Source of the DNA: an uncultured Candidatus Rokubacteria bacterium
GTDB taxonomy: Bacteria; Methylomirabilota; Methylomirabilia; Rokubacteriales; DASRDR01
Assembly (NCBI GenBank): GCA_963826115.1
Contig: CAWGVS010000005.1
Span: 1,088,001 to 1,152,000 of the forward strand
Reading direction: 5' to 3'
DNA: 64,000 nt
The translations under genes and the position numbers were made by a program. Of the stretch, positions 26,872-38,734 are shown in pieces; within the stretch, counting starts at the first letter, position 1; each line of letters starts with the position of its first letter. The notes beneath the pieces were generated by a model. It made no database searches, was not told the origin of the DNA, and saw only the letters and a list, made by a program, of their open reading frames with translations.

Positions 26872-28086
26872 TCATTGTCGCACAGCCTCGGTAGCGCCTT
26901 CCGCCCGCGCGTAGCCAACGAGCTCGACGTACCCCCCACCCCCGACCGGGCGCCCCTCCGCCCGGCCCTCGACGCGGACCGCGCCCTCCCAGTAGCGGAC
27001 CGCGACGTCGAGCTCCTGGTCCACGAGGAGCGGCGTCACGACGAGATCGAGCCCCGCGATCGGCACGCGGAGCCGCCAGCGCATGGGATAGCGCGTCCCG
27101 CCCCGCGGGCTCGTCCATCGGTCGAGGACCTCCACCTCGACGGCGTCGCGCTCGAGGAGGCGTGTCGCGCCGTCGCCGGCGACCAGGGTGCCCTGGCTCG
27201 TCGACGCCACGCCCCCGTCGCGCTGGCGCAGGCGATAGAGCATCAGCTCGCGGCCATCGTCGAGCTGGAGCGCGAACCAGTCCCAGCCCACCAGATCGGC
27301 GCCGAGAGCGCTCGTGCTCCACTCCCGGTCCATCCACGCGACCCCGTCGACGGAGACGGCGGCGCCACCCGCCCGCACCGTTCCCGAGACCGGCATCCGC
27401 GTCAGCGAGTAGTAGTAGGAGGCGTTGCCTGGCTCGGCGCTCTTCCGGGAGAGCCCCCGGTCGCCGTGAAGCACCGGCGGCTTCCCCGGGGACAGCGCGA
27501 GGTCGAGTCCGAGCTCGCCGTCACCCGCGTGGAGCCGCAGCGGCCAGCCCCCCGGCGACGCCTCCGCGCTCCAGTCGCCGACCCACACCCGGAGCGGCTC
27601 CCCCGCCGAGCCCGCCAGGTCCAGGGCGCCCCGCCCCCAACGGTCACGCGCCCGGAAGCGGGCGCCGTCGACATCCGTCAGCGCGAGGTGGGCCATGTAG
27701 ACGTCGCGCGTGGCCCACGCGGAGCGACGCGGCGCGATGGTCGGCGCGAGGGCCGTGCGGAAGAACGTCAGCTGGAAGCCGAACCGTCGCGCGGTGCCCG
27801 GCTCGCCGGGGGTCCGGAGGTGCCCCGTCCAGTACCACCACTCGGAGCGGAACGCCGGATGCGGACCGTGGTCCACCGGGAACGCGAGCGGCCGGGGAGC
27901 GAGCGCGCGCTCGAAACCCTCGACGCCGGTGCCGCCGAGGGCCTCGCTCACCGAGACCGTGGCCCGGAGCGCGGGCGCTGCGCGCCCGGTGTCGAGGCGA
28001 ATCACGAGCGCGAGCCCCGCGCCCAGGACCAGGACGGCAGCCAGCACGCCCGCGAGCAGCCCGACGCCCGGTCTCGGCGAGATCAC
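26872..28086 (-). CDS. AttH/CrtC-like lipocalin-domain protein
   Basis: FPVDHGPHPAFRSEWWYWTG, SYYYSLTR, WMDREWS, YWEG. Confidence 0.9.
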   Translation of the reverse strand: MISPRPGVGLLAGVLAAVLVLGAGLALVIRLDTGRAAPALRATVSVSEALGGTGVEGFERALAPRPLAFPVDHGPHPAFRSEWWYWTGHLRTPGEPGTARRFGFQLTFFRTALAPTIAPRRSAWATRDVYMAHLALTDVDGARFRARDRWGRGALDLAGSAGEPLRVWVGDWSAEASPGGWPLRLHAGDGELGLDLALSPGKPPVLHGDRGLSRKSAEPGNASYYYSLTRMPVSGTVRAGGAAVSVDGVAWMDREWSTSALGADLVGWDWFALQLDDGRELMLYRLRQRDGGVASTSQGTLVAGDGATRLLERDAVEVEVLDRWTSPRGGTRYPMRWRLRVPIAGLDLVVTPLLVDQELDVAVRYWEGAVRVEGRAEGRPVGGGGYVELVGYARAEGATEAVRQ

Positions 28087-28090
28087 GCCC

Positions 28091-30643
28091 TCACTCCTCA
28101 CGCAGCGCGGGCGCTGGCGGGGTCCGCGCCATGCGCCAGGCCGGATAGGCGCCGGCCGCGAGGGCGGCGAGGAGCGCCAGCCCGACCGCCTGGAGCAGGA
28201 CGTCCGCGGGCACCGTCGTCTCGATCGACCAGCCGAACGCCCGGCGGTTGATGACGTGGATCAACACGAGGGCGAGGCCGATCCCCACGGGAACCGCGAG
28301 CAGGCCGGCGACGCCTCCGAGAAACCCGGTCTCGGCCAGCACGAGCCGCCACACCTCTCGCGGCGTCAGCCCCTGAGCGCGGAGCACGCCCAGCTCGCGC
28401 GCTCGCTCGAGCTGGAGCGCCAGGAGGGCGCTCAGCACGCCGACGATCGCCACCACCGTCGCGACAAGACGCAGCACCGCCGTGATCGCGAAGGTGCGGT
28501 CGAAGACCTCGAGCGACGCCTCGCGGAGCGCTCGGTTCGAGCGGATGAGGAGGTCTTGCGTCTCCCCCGCCCGCGCGCGCAGCGCCTGGACGGCCGCCTC
28601 CCGGTCCGCTCCGGGCGTCAGCACGATTCCCAGGGACGAGACCCCTCGGTCCTCCCAGTTCGCCTCGTAGGTCCGCCGGCTCACCATGACGACCCCTTGA
28701 TCCGAGCCGTAGTCCGCGAACACGCCGGCAACCGGGAAGCCGCGGTCGCCCCGGTCGGTGCGGAGGGTCAGCGTGCTGCCGACCGCGAGACCGTGCCGGT
28801 AGGCGTAGGGCTCCGACACGATCGCCGCGCCGCCCTCCTGGAAGGCGGGCCACACCTCGTCCGGCGAACCCGCGCGGAAGCGGAACTGGCGGTAGGTCCC
28901 CGGACCGATGCCGAGCGCCACGAGCTGGGTCGGCCCGAACGGCGAGCCGACGCGCACCCCCCGGTAGGTGCCGACGGCCTCCACGCCTGGCGCGTCGCGA
29001 AGCCGCGCGATGACCGCCGGGTCGAGAGCGGAGTCGCCGCCCCGGCCCGCTCGGAGAGTCGGCGCGGCCACGTAGACGTCGGCGGCGAGCGACGTCTCGA
29101 GCCAGCGCTCGACGGTGGCGCGGAAGCTCCGGATCATCACGCCGACCCCGACTGTCGCCGCGACCGCCACCATCAGCGCCGCGACCGCCACGCCGGTCCT
29201 CGACAGCCGGGCGACGACGCCGCGCGCCGCCATCCGGCCCGGCAGCCCGAGGAGCCACCCGAGCCCCGGCGCCGCCGCCCGGGCCGCGCCCACCATGACG
29301 AGCGGCGTGAGGAGCGCGGCGCCCAGGATGCCGGTGAACAGTCCGACGTAGCTCCACGCGAGGCTCCGTCCGGCTAACGCCACCACGACGCCCCCCACCG
29401 CGAGCGCCGCGGCGCCGGCGAGCGCGGCCCGCGGCGCCGCCCCTCGCGCGCGCGCCTCGAGGGCCACGCGCCTCAGCGCGGCGCCGGGAGGCGTGACGCT
29501 CGCCTCCGCCGCGGGGACAAGCGCCGCGAGGAGCGTCGCCCCGATGCCGAGCGCCGCGCCCTTCGCCAGCACGCCGGGAGACAGGGCCAGGTCGCGGACG
29601 ACGACCGTGAAGTAGAGGTCGTTCATGGTCCGGGTCACGAGGCGCACGAGCCCGCCCCCGAGCCCCACACCGGCGCCGAGCCCGATGACCGTCGCGGCGA
29701 GTCCGAGGAGGAGCGCCTCGACAAGGACGATCGCGACGATCTCCGCCCGCGTGACGCCGAGCGCCCGCAGCATCCCGATCGTCGCCCGGCGCTGGACCAC
29801 CGAGAACGTCATGGTGTTGTAGGCGAGGAACAGCCCGACCATCAGCGCCAGGAGCGACAGGGCCGTCAGGTTCACGTCGAAGGCGCGCGTCAGCTCCTCG
29901 ACGAACTCGCTCCGTGCGGCCGCGGTCACCACCTCGACCCCAGGCGGCAGCACGGCGCGGACCCGGGCCAGCGTCGCTTCCCCGGCCGCGCCGAACGGGA
30001 GCGCGAGGTCGATGCGCGAGAGGCGCCCGGGACGGCCCAGGATCTCCTGGGCCGTCGACACGTCCGCGACCACCAGCCCGCGGAGGGCCTGGCGGCTCCG
30101 CGAGTCCGCGGGCTCGATGAGCCCGACCACGCGCGCCGGGCGCGCCTGGCCCGCGACGCGAAGGACCAGCGAGCCGGATACGACAACGCCCAGGTCGGCC
30201 GCGGTCTCGCGGCTCACCAGCACCGCGCCCGGCTGGGTGACCAATGCCGTCAGGGCCCGAGCGCCTCCGGCCGCCGCGCGGCCGAGGTACGGGCGAAACG
30301 GCGCCTCGCTGAACGGGTCCACGCCGAGGAGCTGGAGCGCCCGATCGGGCGCGCCCTCGACGCCGACCCACGCCTCCACTGCCGGCGCGATCGGCTCCAC
30401 GCCGACCTCGCGGGCGAGGCGTGTCACCACGCGCTCGTCGAGGCCGGCCGGGCCCCCCACGACGTGATGGGTCGCGCGCCCGGTGACGCCTTCCGTGGCG
30501 AGTCCGAAGGCTCGGCGCGCGCTCGCGCTCGCCAGGTCGATCGACACGACGACCGCGACGCCGAGGGCGATCCCGAGGACGGCCAGCGCCGCCTGCCACG
30601 GGTGGCGCGCGAGATGCCGCGCGCTGGCGCGGAACAGCGTCAT
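28091..30643 (-). CDS. FtsX/MacB-type double-domain ABC permease (AttFG-like)
   Basis: [47 protein letters not shown]. Confidence 0.9.
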   Translation of the reverse strand: MTLFRASARHLARHPWQAALAVLGIALGVAVVVSIDLASASARRAFGLATEGVTGRATHHVVGGPAGLDERVVTRLAREVGVEPIAPAVEAWVGVEGAPDRALQLLGVDPFSEAPFRPYLGRAAAGGARALTALVTQPGAVLVSRETAADLGVVVSGSLVLRVAGQARPARVVGLIEPADSRSRQALRGLVVADVSTAQEILGRPGRLSRIDLALPFGAAGEATLARVRAVLPPGVEVVTAAARSEFVEELTRAFDVNLTALSLLALMVGLFLAYNTMTFSVVQRRATIGMLRALGVTRAEIVAIVLVEALLLGLAATVIGLGAGVGLGGGLVRLVTRTMNDLYFTVVVRDLALSPGVLAKGAALGIGATLLAALVPAAEASVTPPGAALRRVALEARARGAAPRAALAGAAALAVGGVVVALAGRSLAWSYVGLFTGILGAALLTPLVMVGAARAAAPGLGWLLGLPGRMAARGVVARLSRTGVAVAALMVAVAATVGVGVMIRSFRATVERWLETSLAADVYVAAPTLRAGRGGDSALDPAVIARLRDAPGVEAVGTYRGVRVGSPFGPTQLVALGIGPGTYRQFRFRAGSPDEVWPAFQEGGAAIVSEPYAYRHGLAVGSTLTLRTDRGDRGFPVAGVFADYGSDQGVVMVSRRTYEANWEDRGVSSLGIVLTPGADREAAVQALRARAGETQDLLIRSNRALREASLEVFDRTFAITAVLRLVATVVAIVGVLSALLALQLERARELGVLRAQGLTPREVWRLVLAETGFLGGVAGLLAVPVGIGLALVLIHVINRRAFGWSIETTVPADVLLQAVGLALLAALAAGAYPAWRMARTPPAPALREE

Positions 30644-31359
30644 CGGAACCCGGGCGCCGCCGCTTGGGCCTCGACGACGTGGCCGTGATCGAGACGCAGC
30701 ACCCGGTCCGCGAACCCCGCCACCTCGGGACTGTGCGTCGCAATGACCATCGTGCGCCCGGCGCGCCGGGTGAGCCGGTCGAGGAGATCCAGCACCTGCC
30801 GACCGGTGTCGACGTCGAGGTTCCCCGTGGGCTCGTCGGCCAGCACGAGCACGGGCTCGTGAACCAGCGCCCGCGCGACCGCGACCCGCTGCTGCTCGCC
30901 GCCGGAGAGCTCCTCGGGGAACGCACGCGCCCGATCCCCGAGCCCGATCTCGTCGAGGAGGGCTCCGGCCCGGGCGCGCACCGTGTCGCGCGGCTTGCCG
31001 ATCAACTCGAGGGGCAGGTGGAGGTTCTCCTCCACCGTCAGCGTGGGAATCAGGTTGAAGAACTGGAAGACGAAGCCGACGTGGCGGCGACGGAACAGCG
31101 TGCGGGCCGCCTCCGACGCCTCGGCGAGCGAGAGGCCGTCGACGACGACCTGGCCCGCCGTGGGCACGTCGATGCCGCCGATCAGGTTCAGCAGCGTGGA
31201 CTTGCCCGAGCCGCTCCGGCCCACGAGGGCGCACAGCTCGCCGCGCGGGATCGTCACGTCGACGCCGCGCAGGACCGCGCGATCGGCGTCGCCTTCCCGG
31301 TAGGCCTTCGTGACCCCGCGAAGCTCGACGAGGGGCGTCGCGGGGGACGGCGACCTCAT
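30640..31359 (-). CDS. ABC transporter ATP-binding protein (LolD/AttE-like)
   Basis: [33 protein letters not shown]. Confidence 0.93.
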   Translation of the reverse strand: MRSPSPATPLVELRGVTKAYREGDADRAVLRGVDVTIPRGELCALVGRSGSGKSTLLNLIGGIDVPTAGQVVVDGLSLAEASEAARTLFRRRHVGFVFQFFNLIPTLTVEENLHLPLELIGKPRDTVRARAGALLDEIGLGDRARAFPEELSGGEQQRVAVARALVHEPVLVLADEPTGNLDVDTGRQVLDLLDRLTRRAGRTMVIATHSPEVAGFADRVLRLDHGHVVEAQAAAPGFR

Positions 31360-32135
31360 TCGGCCGCGGTGAGCGCCCCGAAGTGGCAGAGCCGGATGTC
31401 GAGCCGTTCCACGGTCGCCCGGGCCTCGCGGTCGCACAGCGCCGCCAGCTCGACGTCGCGCTGGCGCCCGTAGCGGCTGTAGGCGAGGTCGTCGTCGAAG
31501 ACGCCCGGGTGGCACATGAGCTCGGTGACGCCGAGGGGCAGCGTCGCGAGCTGGTCCAGGAGGCGCTCGGTCGTCCAGTACGGCTCGACCTGCGCGTCGC
31601 CGATGAACGCGTCGGTGGTGGCGATGTCCCGGCGCCGCAAGCCGTCGCGGAAGCCCGGGTCCTGGCTCCGGAGCGGAAGCCTCGCCGCCAGGACGACGTC
31701 GACGACCGCGTCCATCACGCGCGGCAGCCGGTGCGCGTGATGGTGGCTGTCGAGGTGCGTGGGCCCGCGCCCGAACCGGCGCGTGAAGAGCTCGATCTGC
31801 GCCTCGCACTCCCGCCGGACCTCGTCCGGGCGGGCGCGCGCCCCGAGCGCCGTCAGGTCCCGCCCGAGCCGGCCCTCGTCGTCGACCAGCGAGGGGACCG
31901 TGTCCGGCGATGACACCGGGCGTCCCCACGTGAGGTTGAAGTGGAGGCCGAGCCCCAGACGCGGCAGCGCCGCGGCCTCGGCGTCGAGCTCCGGCTGCGG
32001 CGGGAGGCTCGCGAGGACGGTGGTGCTGGTCACGAGGCCCTCGCGGTGGGCCCGCAGGATCCCGCGGCTCACGCCCCCCGTCAGCCCGAAGTCGTCCGCG
32101 TTGACGATGAGCCGGCGCGCGGCCATCTCGCCCAT
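31356..32135 (-). CDS. YdjC/ChbG family carbohydrate deacetylase
   Basis: [31 protein letters not shown]. Confidence 0.92.
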   Translation of the reverse strand: MGEMAARRLIVNADDFGLTGGVSRGILRAHREGLVTSTTVLASLPPQPELDAEAAALPRLGLGLHFNLTWGRPVSSPDTVPSLVDDEGRLGRDLTALGARARPDEVRRECEAQIELFTRRFGRGPTHLDSHHHAHRLPRVMDAVVDVVLAARLPLRSQDPGFRDGLRRRDIATTDAFIGDAQVEPYWTTERLLDQLATLPLGVTELMCHPGVFDDDLAYSRYGRQRDVELAALCDREARATVERLDIRLCHFGALTAAE

Positions 32136-32148
32136 CACCGGGCCCCGC

Positions 32149-32460
32149 CTAGTGGCCGAGCGTGCGCCGGATGTACTGGCGCACCTCCTCGGTCAGGAGC
32201 GCCTGCCGCCCGCTGTCGGTCACCGCGTCCTCGAGCAGCTCGAGGTCGAGGACGAGCGGGGTCGGCGCCTTCTTCCCGCCGTCGAGCTCCACGGTGAAGA
32301 CGCACTGCTCGTCCGACTCGGTGAAGACGGCCTTCGCGCGGGTGAACGAGCTGTCCTCGAGCGCAACCGTCTCCAGCGCGTGCTGCAGCACCCGGAGGAT
32401 CCCCTCCTGGGCGTCGCGGGGCACGGTGCCGAAGGCGCTCATCATCCGGATGTCCGCCAT
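32149..32460 (-). CDS. Hypothetical 103-aa acidic protein
   Basis: SD GGAGGAG, ATG 32460, genome-typical codons; fills the gap between ggt and the YdjC gene. Confidence 0.7.
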   Translation of the reverse strand: MADIRMMSAFGTVPRDAQEGILRVLQHALETVALEDSSFTRAKAVFTESDEQCVFTVELDGGKKAPTPLVLDLELLEDAVTDSGRQALLTEEVRQYIRRTLGH

Positions 32461-32474
32461 GAGGTCTCCTCCGC

Positions 32475-34178
32475 TCAGAATCCCATCGCCGTCGCGGGGC
32501 GCAGGTGGTCGACCCCGGCGGCCAGTCCGCGGCGGGTGACCTCGATGACCTGCGGGCGCGCGAAGTAGAAGCTCGAGTACGTCTCGGTCAGGGGCACCAC
32601 CTCGTGGCCGCGCCGCCGAAGCCCCGCGATGGTCGCCGCGCCCACCGCGTCGTCCACCTGGAGCGGCCCGCCTTCCGTGTGGAGCCGGGGCGCCTCGACG
32701 GCCGCCTGCGGCCCCATCCCGAAGTCGATGAGGTTCGCCAGCACCTGCGGCACGGCGGACACGATCTTCCGGCCACCCGGCGCGCCGGCGGCGAGATACG
32801 GGGCGCCGTCCCGGAGCGCGAGGAACGGCGTCATGTTGACCAGCGCGCGCTTGCCCGCCTCGATCGAGTTCGGCCGGCCGGGCTCCGGGTCGAACCAGAT
32901 CATCCCGTTCGAGAGGAGGAGCCCGGTGTCGGGCACGACGACCTTCGAGCCGAAGAGGCTGACCGCGGTGTGCGTCAGCGACACGAGCGTCCGGTCGCGG
33001 TCGACCGCGCACACCTGCGTCGTGCAGTCCCCGCTCGGCCCCGGCGCTGCCGCGCGGGCCGGCCGCCCGCGCCCGCGCTCCCAGCGCCACGGGTCGATGC
33101 GGCGCCGCGCGTGGCGGCTGCCATCGGGGCGGATCCCGGCCGCGACCGCGCGTGCGTAGTCCTTCCCCGCGAGCGCCCTCCACGGCGCCTTGATCCGCGT
33201 CGGGTCCCCGAGCCAGCGTAGCCGGTCCTCGAACGCGACGCGCAGCGCCTCGGCGCGAAGGTGGGCCGTCCGCTCCCCGCTCGGCCCGCCGCCGGCTTCG
33301 AAGCACTCCAGCACGTTCAGCATCTCGAGCGCCGTCAGCCCACCCGCCGCGCCCGGCATGCCGAGGAGCGTCACCCCGCGGTACTCGCCGGCGAGGGGCT
33401 CGACGACGCGCACGCGATAGCGTCCGAGATCGGCGCGGTCCAGAATGCCCCCGCCGCGCCGGATCTCCGCCTCGATCGCCTCCGCGAGCTCGCCGCGGTA
33501 GAAGACGCTCGGACCCTCCTTGCCGATCAGCGCGAGGCTCCGCGCGAGCGCCGGATAGCGCACGACGTCCCCGCCCTCGAGGTGCGGCGGCCGCGGAGCC
33601 CATCGACCGCCACGGAGATACGTCCGCGCGGCCTCGGGGAAGCGGGCGAGCTCCTCCACGTAGGTCGCCGTGACGCCCGCCAGATACCAGTCCATCGGCA
33701 CGCCCCGCCGGGCAAGCCGGACCGCGGGCGCCACCGCGTCGCGAAGGTCGAGCGTTCCCCATCGCTCCAGCGCCAGCGCGAGCCCGGCGACCGACCCCGG
33801 CACCGCGACGGCGAGGTGACCGTGCACGTTCGCGTCACCCTCGACGGCACGCCACGGGAACAGGTCGCCGGCCCGGCCCGCCCCGAGGCGGTACATCCGC
33901 GCGTGGGCGCGGCGGGGCGCCTCGACGTTGAAGTCGAGCGCGATCGACGCCCCGGTCCGCGCGCGGTGGATCAGCATGGAGCCGCCACCCGCGAGGCACG
34001 ACATGAACGGCTCGACCACCGCCATGGCGAACGCCGTGGCGACGGCGGCGTCGACGGCGTTCCCGCCGCGTCGCAGGATCTCGGCGCCGACCCGGGCGCC
34101 CAGGGGGTGGCCCGCGGTGACGCAGGCGCGCGGCACCTCGAGCTGGCTCTTCGTGACGGCGAGACGGGAGGCCTTCAC
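32475..34178 (-). CDS. ggt: Gamma-glutamyltransferase family protein
   Basis: GGNAVDAAVATAFAMAVVEP, VAVPG, nucleophile TTQV, GAPGGRKI. Confidence 0.9.
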   Translation of the reverse strand: MKASRLAVTKSQLEVPRACVTAGHPLGARVGAEILRRGGNAVDAAVATAFAMAVVEPFMSCLAGGGSMLIHRARTGASIALDFNVEAPRRAHARMYRLGAGRAGDLFPWRAVEGDANVHGHLAVAVPGSVAGLALALERWGTLDLRDAVAPAVRLARRGVPMDWYLAGVTATYVEELARFPEAARTYLRGGRWAPRPPHLEGGDVVRYPALARSLALIGKEGPSVFYRGELAEAIEAEIRRGGGILDRADLGRYRVRVVEPLAGEYRGVTLLGMPGAAGGLTALEMLNVLECFEAGGGPSGERTAHLRAEALRVAFEDRLRWLGDPTRIKAPWRALAGKDYARAVAAGIRPDGSRHARRRIDPWRWERGRGRPARAAAPGPSGDCTTQVCAVDRDRTLVSLTHTAVSLFGSKVVVPDTGLLLSNGMIWFDPEPGRPNSIEAGKRALVNMTPFLALRDGAPYLAAGAPGGRKIVSAVPQVLANLIDFGMGPQAAVEAPRLHTEGGPLQVDDAVGAATIAGLRRRGHEVVPLTETYSSFYFARPQVIEVTRRGLAAGVDHLRPATAMGF

Positions 34179-34251
34179 GGCGCGCTCATTCTCCCACGGG
34201 GTCCGCGCGGCTGCCAGCGCGGGAGGCCTCGCCGGCGGGGGACGAGCGGAA

Positions 34252-34803
34252 TCAGAAGCGGACCTGCGGCACCGCGCGGTCGGCCGGGTCCTCGATCTCG
34301 AAGAACTCGCGCCGCGTGAAGCCGAAGGCGCCCGCCAGGAGGTTCGTGGGGACGCTCTCGATGCGCGTGTTGAGGTCGCGCACGGCGGCGTTGTAACCCT
34401 GACGCGCCCCGGCGATCATCCCCTCCGTGTCGGCGAGGGACTGCTGGAGCGAGAGGAAGCTCTGGTTCGCCTTGAGGTCCGGGTAGCTCTCCGCCACGGC
34501 GTAGAGCCCGCGGAGCGCCTGGGTGAGTAGACCCTCGGACTGCGCGACCTGCCCCGGGGTGCCGGCGCGCATCGCCTGGCTCCGGAGCTCGGTCACCTTC
34601 TCGAGGACGCCCTTCTCGTGGGTGGCGTACCCCTTCACCGTCTCCACCAGGTTCGGGATGAGGTCGTGGCGGCGCTTGAGTTGCGTCGAGATGCCCGACC
34701 AGGCCTCGTCGACGCGGACGCGAGCCCGCACGAGGCCGTTGTAGAGGGCCACGCCCGTGAGGGCCAGGACGACGACGATCCCCAGCACCACCAGTCCGAT
34801 CAT
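34252..34803 (-). CDS. lemA: LemA family protein
   Basis: YNGLV, LKRRHDLIPNLVETVKGYATHE, ESYPDLKANQSF. Confidence 0.93.
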   Translation of the reverse strand: MIGLVVLGIVVVLALTGVALYNGLVRARVRVDEAWSGISTQLKRRHDLIPNLVETVKGYATHEKGVLEKVTELRSQAMRAGTPGQVAQSEGLLTQALRGLYAVAESYPDLKANQSFLSLQQSLADTEGMIAGARQGYNAAVRDLNTRIESVPTNLLAGAFGFTRREFFEIEDPADRAVPQVRF

Positions 34804-34920
34804 CCCGATCTCCCTTCGCGCGCAGCTCGCTCGGCCCGATGGTAGCCGAACCCCGCGAGCCCCGGAAGCGGGGGATTCTGCTACCATACCCGCAAGCGCC
34901 CCGGGCACCCGGGTATTCCC

Positions 34921-36294
34921 ATGCGTCAACGAGTGCTGATCGTCGAGGACGATGCCCCGGCCCGACGGGGCATGGCCGACCTGCTGTCCCTCTGGGGTTA
35001 CGAGGTCGCGACGGCGGGCGACGGCGCCGAAGCGCTCGAGCGAGCGGCCGAGGAGCCGCCCGCGGTCGTGGTGAGCGACCTCGTGATGCCGGGCATGGAT
35101 GGCCTCGCGCTCCTGACTGCCCTCCGCGTCGACCATCCCGACGTCCCCGTCGTCATGCTCACGGGCCAGGGCTCGATCGAGACCGCCGTCCAGGCGATGA
35201 AGGAAGGCGCCTACGACTACCTCACGAAGCCGCTCGATCCCGCCCGCCTCCAGATGCTCCTCGAGCGAGCGCTCGACCGGGCGGAGAGCGCGCGCGAGGT
35301 CCGTCGGCTCACCGGTGAGCTGCGCCGGCGGGGCGCCTTCGGTCGTCTGGTCGCCGGCGCGCCCGCGATGCAGAACGTGACCCGACAGATCGAGCAGGTC
35401 GCGCCGACCGACGCGACGGTGCTCGTGCTCGGGGAGAGCGGCACCGGCAAGGAGCTCGTGGCCCGCACCATCCACGATCATTCCGCGCGCCGGCGGGGAC
35501 CGTTCGTCGCGGTCAACTGCGCCGCGATCCCCGAAACCCTGCTGGAGAGCGAGATCTTCGGCCACGAGAAGGGGTCGTTCACGGGCGCCACCCAGCGCCG
35601 CCCCGGGTGCTTCGAGCTGGCCGACGGAGGGACGCTCTTCCTCGACGAGATCGCCGAGATGAGTCCCGCGACGCAGGTGAAGTTTCTCCGGGTCCTGCAG
35701 GACGGGCGGTTCCGCCGGGTGGGCGGCCAGGCCGAGATCGGCGTCGACGTCCGCGTCATCGCGGCCACCAACAAGAACCCGATGAAGGCGCTCCAGGACG
35801 GGGCGCTCCGCGAGGACCTCTACTACCGCATCGCCGTCTTCACGCTGACGCTCCCCCCGCTCCGCGAGCGCCCCGAGGACGTCGGCGAGCTGGTCCGCGT
35901 GCTCCTGGAGGAGCTCGACGAGCGCCACCAGCGGAACGTGCGGGGCATCGACGAGCCGGCGCTCGCCGTCCTCCGCCGCTACGCCTGGCCGGGGAACGTT
36001 CGCGAGCTGCGCAACGTCCTCGAGCGCGCCGTGATCGTGTGCCCCGGCGAGCTGATCGGCGTCGCCCATCTGCCATCGCCCCCGGCTGCCGCGGCGCCTC
36101 CCGCCGAGCCGGGCGCGGACCCGGGCAGCGACGACGTGCGCCTCCACGTCGGCACGACGGTGGACGAGGCCGAGCGGCGTCTCATCCTCCGCACGCTCTC
36201 GTACACCGGCAACAACAAGACCCGCGCCGCCGAGATCCTCGGCATCAGCCTCAAGACCCTCCACAACAAGCTGAACCGCTACAATCGGCCGTGA
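34921..36294 (+). CDS. Sigma54-dependent response regulator (NtrC family)
   Basis: REC domain, [14 protein letters not shown], Fis-type HTH. Confidence 0.95.
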   Translation: MRQRVLIVEDDAPARRGMADLLSLWGYEVATAGDGAEALERAAEEPPAVVVSDLVMPGMDGLALLTALRVDHPDVPVVMLTGQGSIETAVQAMKEGAYDYLTKPLDPARLQMLLERALDRAESAREVRRLTGELRRRGAFGRLVAGAPAMQNVTRQIEQVAPTDATVLVLGESGTGKELVARTIHDHSARRRGPFVAVNCAAIPETLLESEIFGHEKGSFTGATQRRPGCFELADGGTLFLDEIAEMSPATQVKFLRVLQDGRFRRVGGQAEIGVDVRVIAATNKNPMKALQDGALREDLYYRIAVFTLTLPPLRERPEDVGELVRVLLEELDERHQRNVRGIDEPALAVLRRYAWPGNVRELRNVLERAVIVCPGELIGVAHLPSPPAAAAPPAEPGADPGSDDVRLHVGTTVDEAERRLILRTLSYTGNNKTRAAEILGISLKTLHNKLNRYNRP

Positions 36295-36331
36295 GACCCG
36301 CCGGCGGCGCGGTGCGGAGCCTCCACCCCCG

Positions 36332-38134
36332 ATGGCTCTGAACGCCCGCACGCGCGAGCTGCTCGGCCTCACGCTCGTGGTGCTCCTGGTGGTCGCGGTC
36401 GCCACCGCCGGACACCTCGCCACGCTCGCGCGCCTGACCCTCGGGAGCGCGGCCGACGAGGGACGTCTCCTCTCCCGCCAGCTTCTCCACCAGGCCTCCC
36501 ACGTCCTCCAGGCCGCGGGCGCCACCGGTCCGGTCGCCTTCCGCGATGACCCGAGCCTCCGGGCCCTCCTCGACGGGCTGGTGGGCTATTCCCGGGTCGT
36601 CGTCTACGGTGCGATCGTCGACGCGAGCGGCACCACGCTCCTCCACAGCGACCCGACGCTCCAGGGCCGGACGCTGCCCGACCGGCCGCTCCTCGACGAC
36701 GTGCTCGGGGCCGGCCTACCGCAGATCGCGCGCCTGCTCCTCGGTCCCCCCCAGATCTACGAGGTGCGGCTCCCGGTCAGCGTCGGAAACCGGCCGTTCG
36801 GCACCATCCAGGTCGGCGTGTCCACGAGCCTCCTGCGACAGACGCTCCGGGACGCCCTCCTTCGCAGCGTCGCGTTCGGCGCCGGCGCGCTCGTCCTGGC
36901 CATCGTGCTGGGCCTCGGCACCGGGCGCGTCCTGCTCGGATACCTCCGGCGCATCGCGCGCCGCGTCGAGCGCCTGGCTCGCGGCGACGCCACGGTGGAT
37001 CTCGCTCCCGGCGACGACATGGGGCGACTCGCCGAGCGCATGCGGGGTCTCGGCGAGCGCATCCAGGCGAGCGCGGGCCCCGCGGGCCAACCCGGCCAGG
37101 ACGGCGCGGAACGTCTCCAGAATGCGGTGGTCCTCCTCGGGTCCGACGGCGTCGTCCTCTTCGGCAACGCGGCGGCCGAGCGGCTCCTCGGTCGCGTGCC
37201 GGCCGGGCGGCCGCTCGCCGAGGCCCTGCCCGCGTCGCATCCCCTCGCGAGCCTGGCCGGGAGCGTCCTCGACGGCTCCCAGCCGCCGCGACACGAAACG
37301 ATGATCCTTCCCGGCGGCAGCGGCGAGCCGCGGGAGTGGGCCGTCTCGGGGTATCCTCTCCGCGATGACCCCAACGTTCGCGGCGCGCTCCTGGTCCTCC
37401 GCGACCTCGAGCCGGCGCGCGCGGTCGAGTCGCTACTGAGCTACTCGCAAAAGCTGGCGGCGCTCGGCCGCCTCACGTCCGGCGTGACCCACGAGGTCAA
37501 GAATCCGCTGAACGCGATGCGCATCCATCTCGAGCTCCTGCGCGCGCGGCTCGCGCACACCGGCTCGCCCACGCCGCCGGAGATCGCCGAGAACATCGAC
37601 GTGATCGCGCACGAGATCCAGCGCCTGGATCGCGTGGTGCAGGGCTTTCTGCGGTTCGTCCGCCCGCAGGACCTGCGCCTCGCCCCGGTCGACATCAACG
37701 CGGTCCTGACCGACGTCGCGCGCGTTGCCCGCCCCGAGGCCGCGCGGGCCGGCGTGGAGATCGTCCTCGAGCCCGGGCGTGGCCTCCCCCGCGTCACGGC
37801 GGACTCGGGCCTCATCGCCCAGGCGAGCGCGAACCTGGTGAGCAACGCCGTCCAGGCGATGCCCGGTGGTGGCACGCTGGTCGTCGCCGCCCGGCGCGCG
37901 GCGCTCGGCGGGGTCGAGATCCGCGTCGCCGACGCGGGAGTCGGCATTCCCCCGGAGAACCTCGACAAGATCTTCCGCCTCTACTTCACGACGAAGGCCG
38001 GCGGCTCGGGCATCGGGCTCGCCATGGTGTACCGCATCGTCCAGATGCACGATGGACGGGTGGACGTGGAGTCGACGGTGGGCAAGGGCACCACCGTCAC
38101 GCTCACGCTGCCCGCGGCCCCGGACGCCCGGTGA
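36332..38134 (+). CDS. Membrane sensor histidine kinase
   Basis: Two TM segments, HAMP/PAS-like linker, HEVKNPL, DAGVGI, GSGIGL. Confidence 0.93.
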   Translation: MALNARTRELLGLTLVVLLVVAVATAGHLATLARLTLGSAADEGRLLSRQLLHQASHVLQAAGATGPVAFRDDPSLRALLDGLVGYSRVVVYGAIVDASGTTLLHSDPTLQGRTLPDRPLLDDVLGAGLPQIARLLLGPPQIYEVRLPVSVGNRPFGTIQVGVSTSLLRQTLRDALLRSVAFGAGALVLAIVLGLGTGRVLLGYLRRIARRVERLARGDATVDLAPGDDMGRLAERMRGLGERIQASAGPAGQPGQDGAERLQNAVVLLGSDGVVLFGNAAAERLLGRVPAGRPLAEALPASHPLASLAGSVLDGSQPPRHETMILPGGSGEPREWAVSGYPLRDDPNVRGALLVLRDLEPARAVESLLSYSQKLAALGRLTSGVTHEVKNPLNAMRIHLELLRARLAHTGSPTPPEIAENIDVIAHEIQRLDRVVQGFLRFVRPQDLRLAPVDINAVLTDVARVARPEAARAGVEIVLEPGRGLPRVTADSGLIAQASANLVSNAVQAMPGGGTLVVAARRAALGGVEIRVADAGVGIPPENLDKIFRLYFTTKAGGSGIGLAMVYRIVQMHDGRVDVESTVGKGTTVTLTLPAAPDAR

Positions 38135-38718
38135 CGAGTCTCGCGCTGGCCGCGGTCCTGCTCGTCCTCTCCGGCTGCGCGGCGTTCCGCCCGAACCTTC
38201 CGCCGTGGGCCCGGCCCGTGCCCGGGCCGCCCAGCCCGGCGCCCGTACCCGTGCAGGAGGAGCCGGCGCCCGTCGTGGCCACGCCGGCGCCACCGCCTGC
38301 GGCGCCCCCGGCACCGGTCCCCGCAACCTCGCCGCCGCCCGCCTCCCCGCCGATCGCAACGCCCGCGCCGGCGCCCGCCGCCCGGCCCGCCCCGCCCCAC
38401 GTTGCGGCGCCCGCACCGGCAACGCCCGCTCCGCCGCCCACGCCCGCGGGCCCCGGTCCTCAGCTGACCGCGAGCCTGCCTCCCGCCGAAGTCCGTCGGC
38501 TCCAGGACGAGGCCCAGAGGGGGATCGACGACGCCGAGCGGCTCCTGCGCCAGCTCGACAGCCGGGCCTTGACGCCCAAGGACCTCGAGACCCTGCGGCT
38601 CGCTCAGGGCCTCGTCGAGCAGGCCCGGCGCGCACTGGGCGGCCAGGAATACGAGCGGGCGGCGAACCTGGCGACCAAGGCCCGGACGCTCGCGGACGAC
38701 CTGACCGCACACCGCTAA
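38131..38718 (+). CDS. Proline-rich lipoprotein
   Basis: Lipobox LSGC, long Pro/Ala linker, helical C-terminus; coupled to the kinase by GTGA. Confidence 0.75.
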   Translation: MTSLALAAVLLVLSGCAAFRPNLPPWARPVPGPPSPAPVPVQEEPAPVVATPAPPPAAPPAPVPATSPPPASPPIATPAPAPAARPAPPHVAAPAPATPAPPPTPAGPGPQLTASLPPAEVRRLQDEAQRGIDDAERLLRQLDSRALTPKDLETLRLAQGLVEQARRALGGQEYERAANLATKARTLADDLTAHR

Positions 38719-38734
38719 AGCCCCGCCCCGGCAA

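Noticed and set aside
38210-38460. Low-complexity CCG/GCG tract as a DNA repeat element
   Set aside because: It encodes the Pro/Ala linker of the lipoprotein and has no fixed period.
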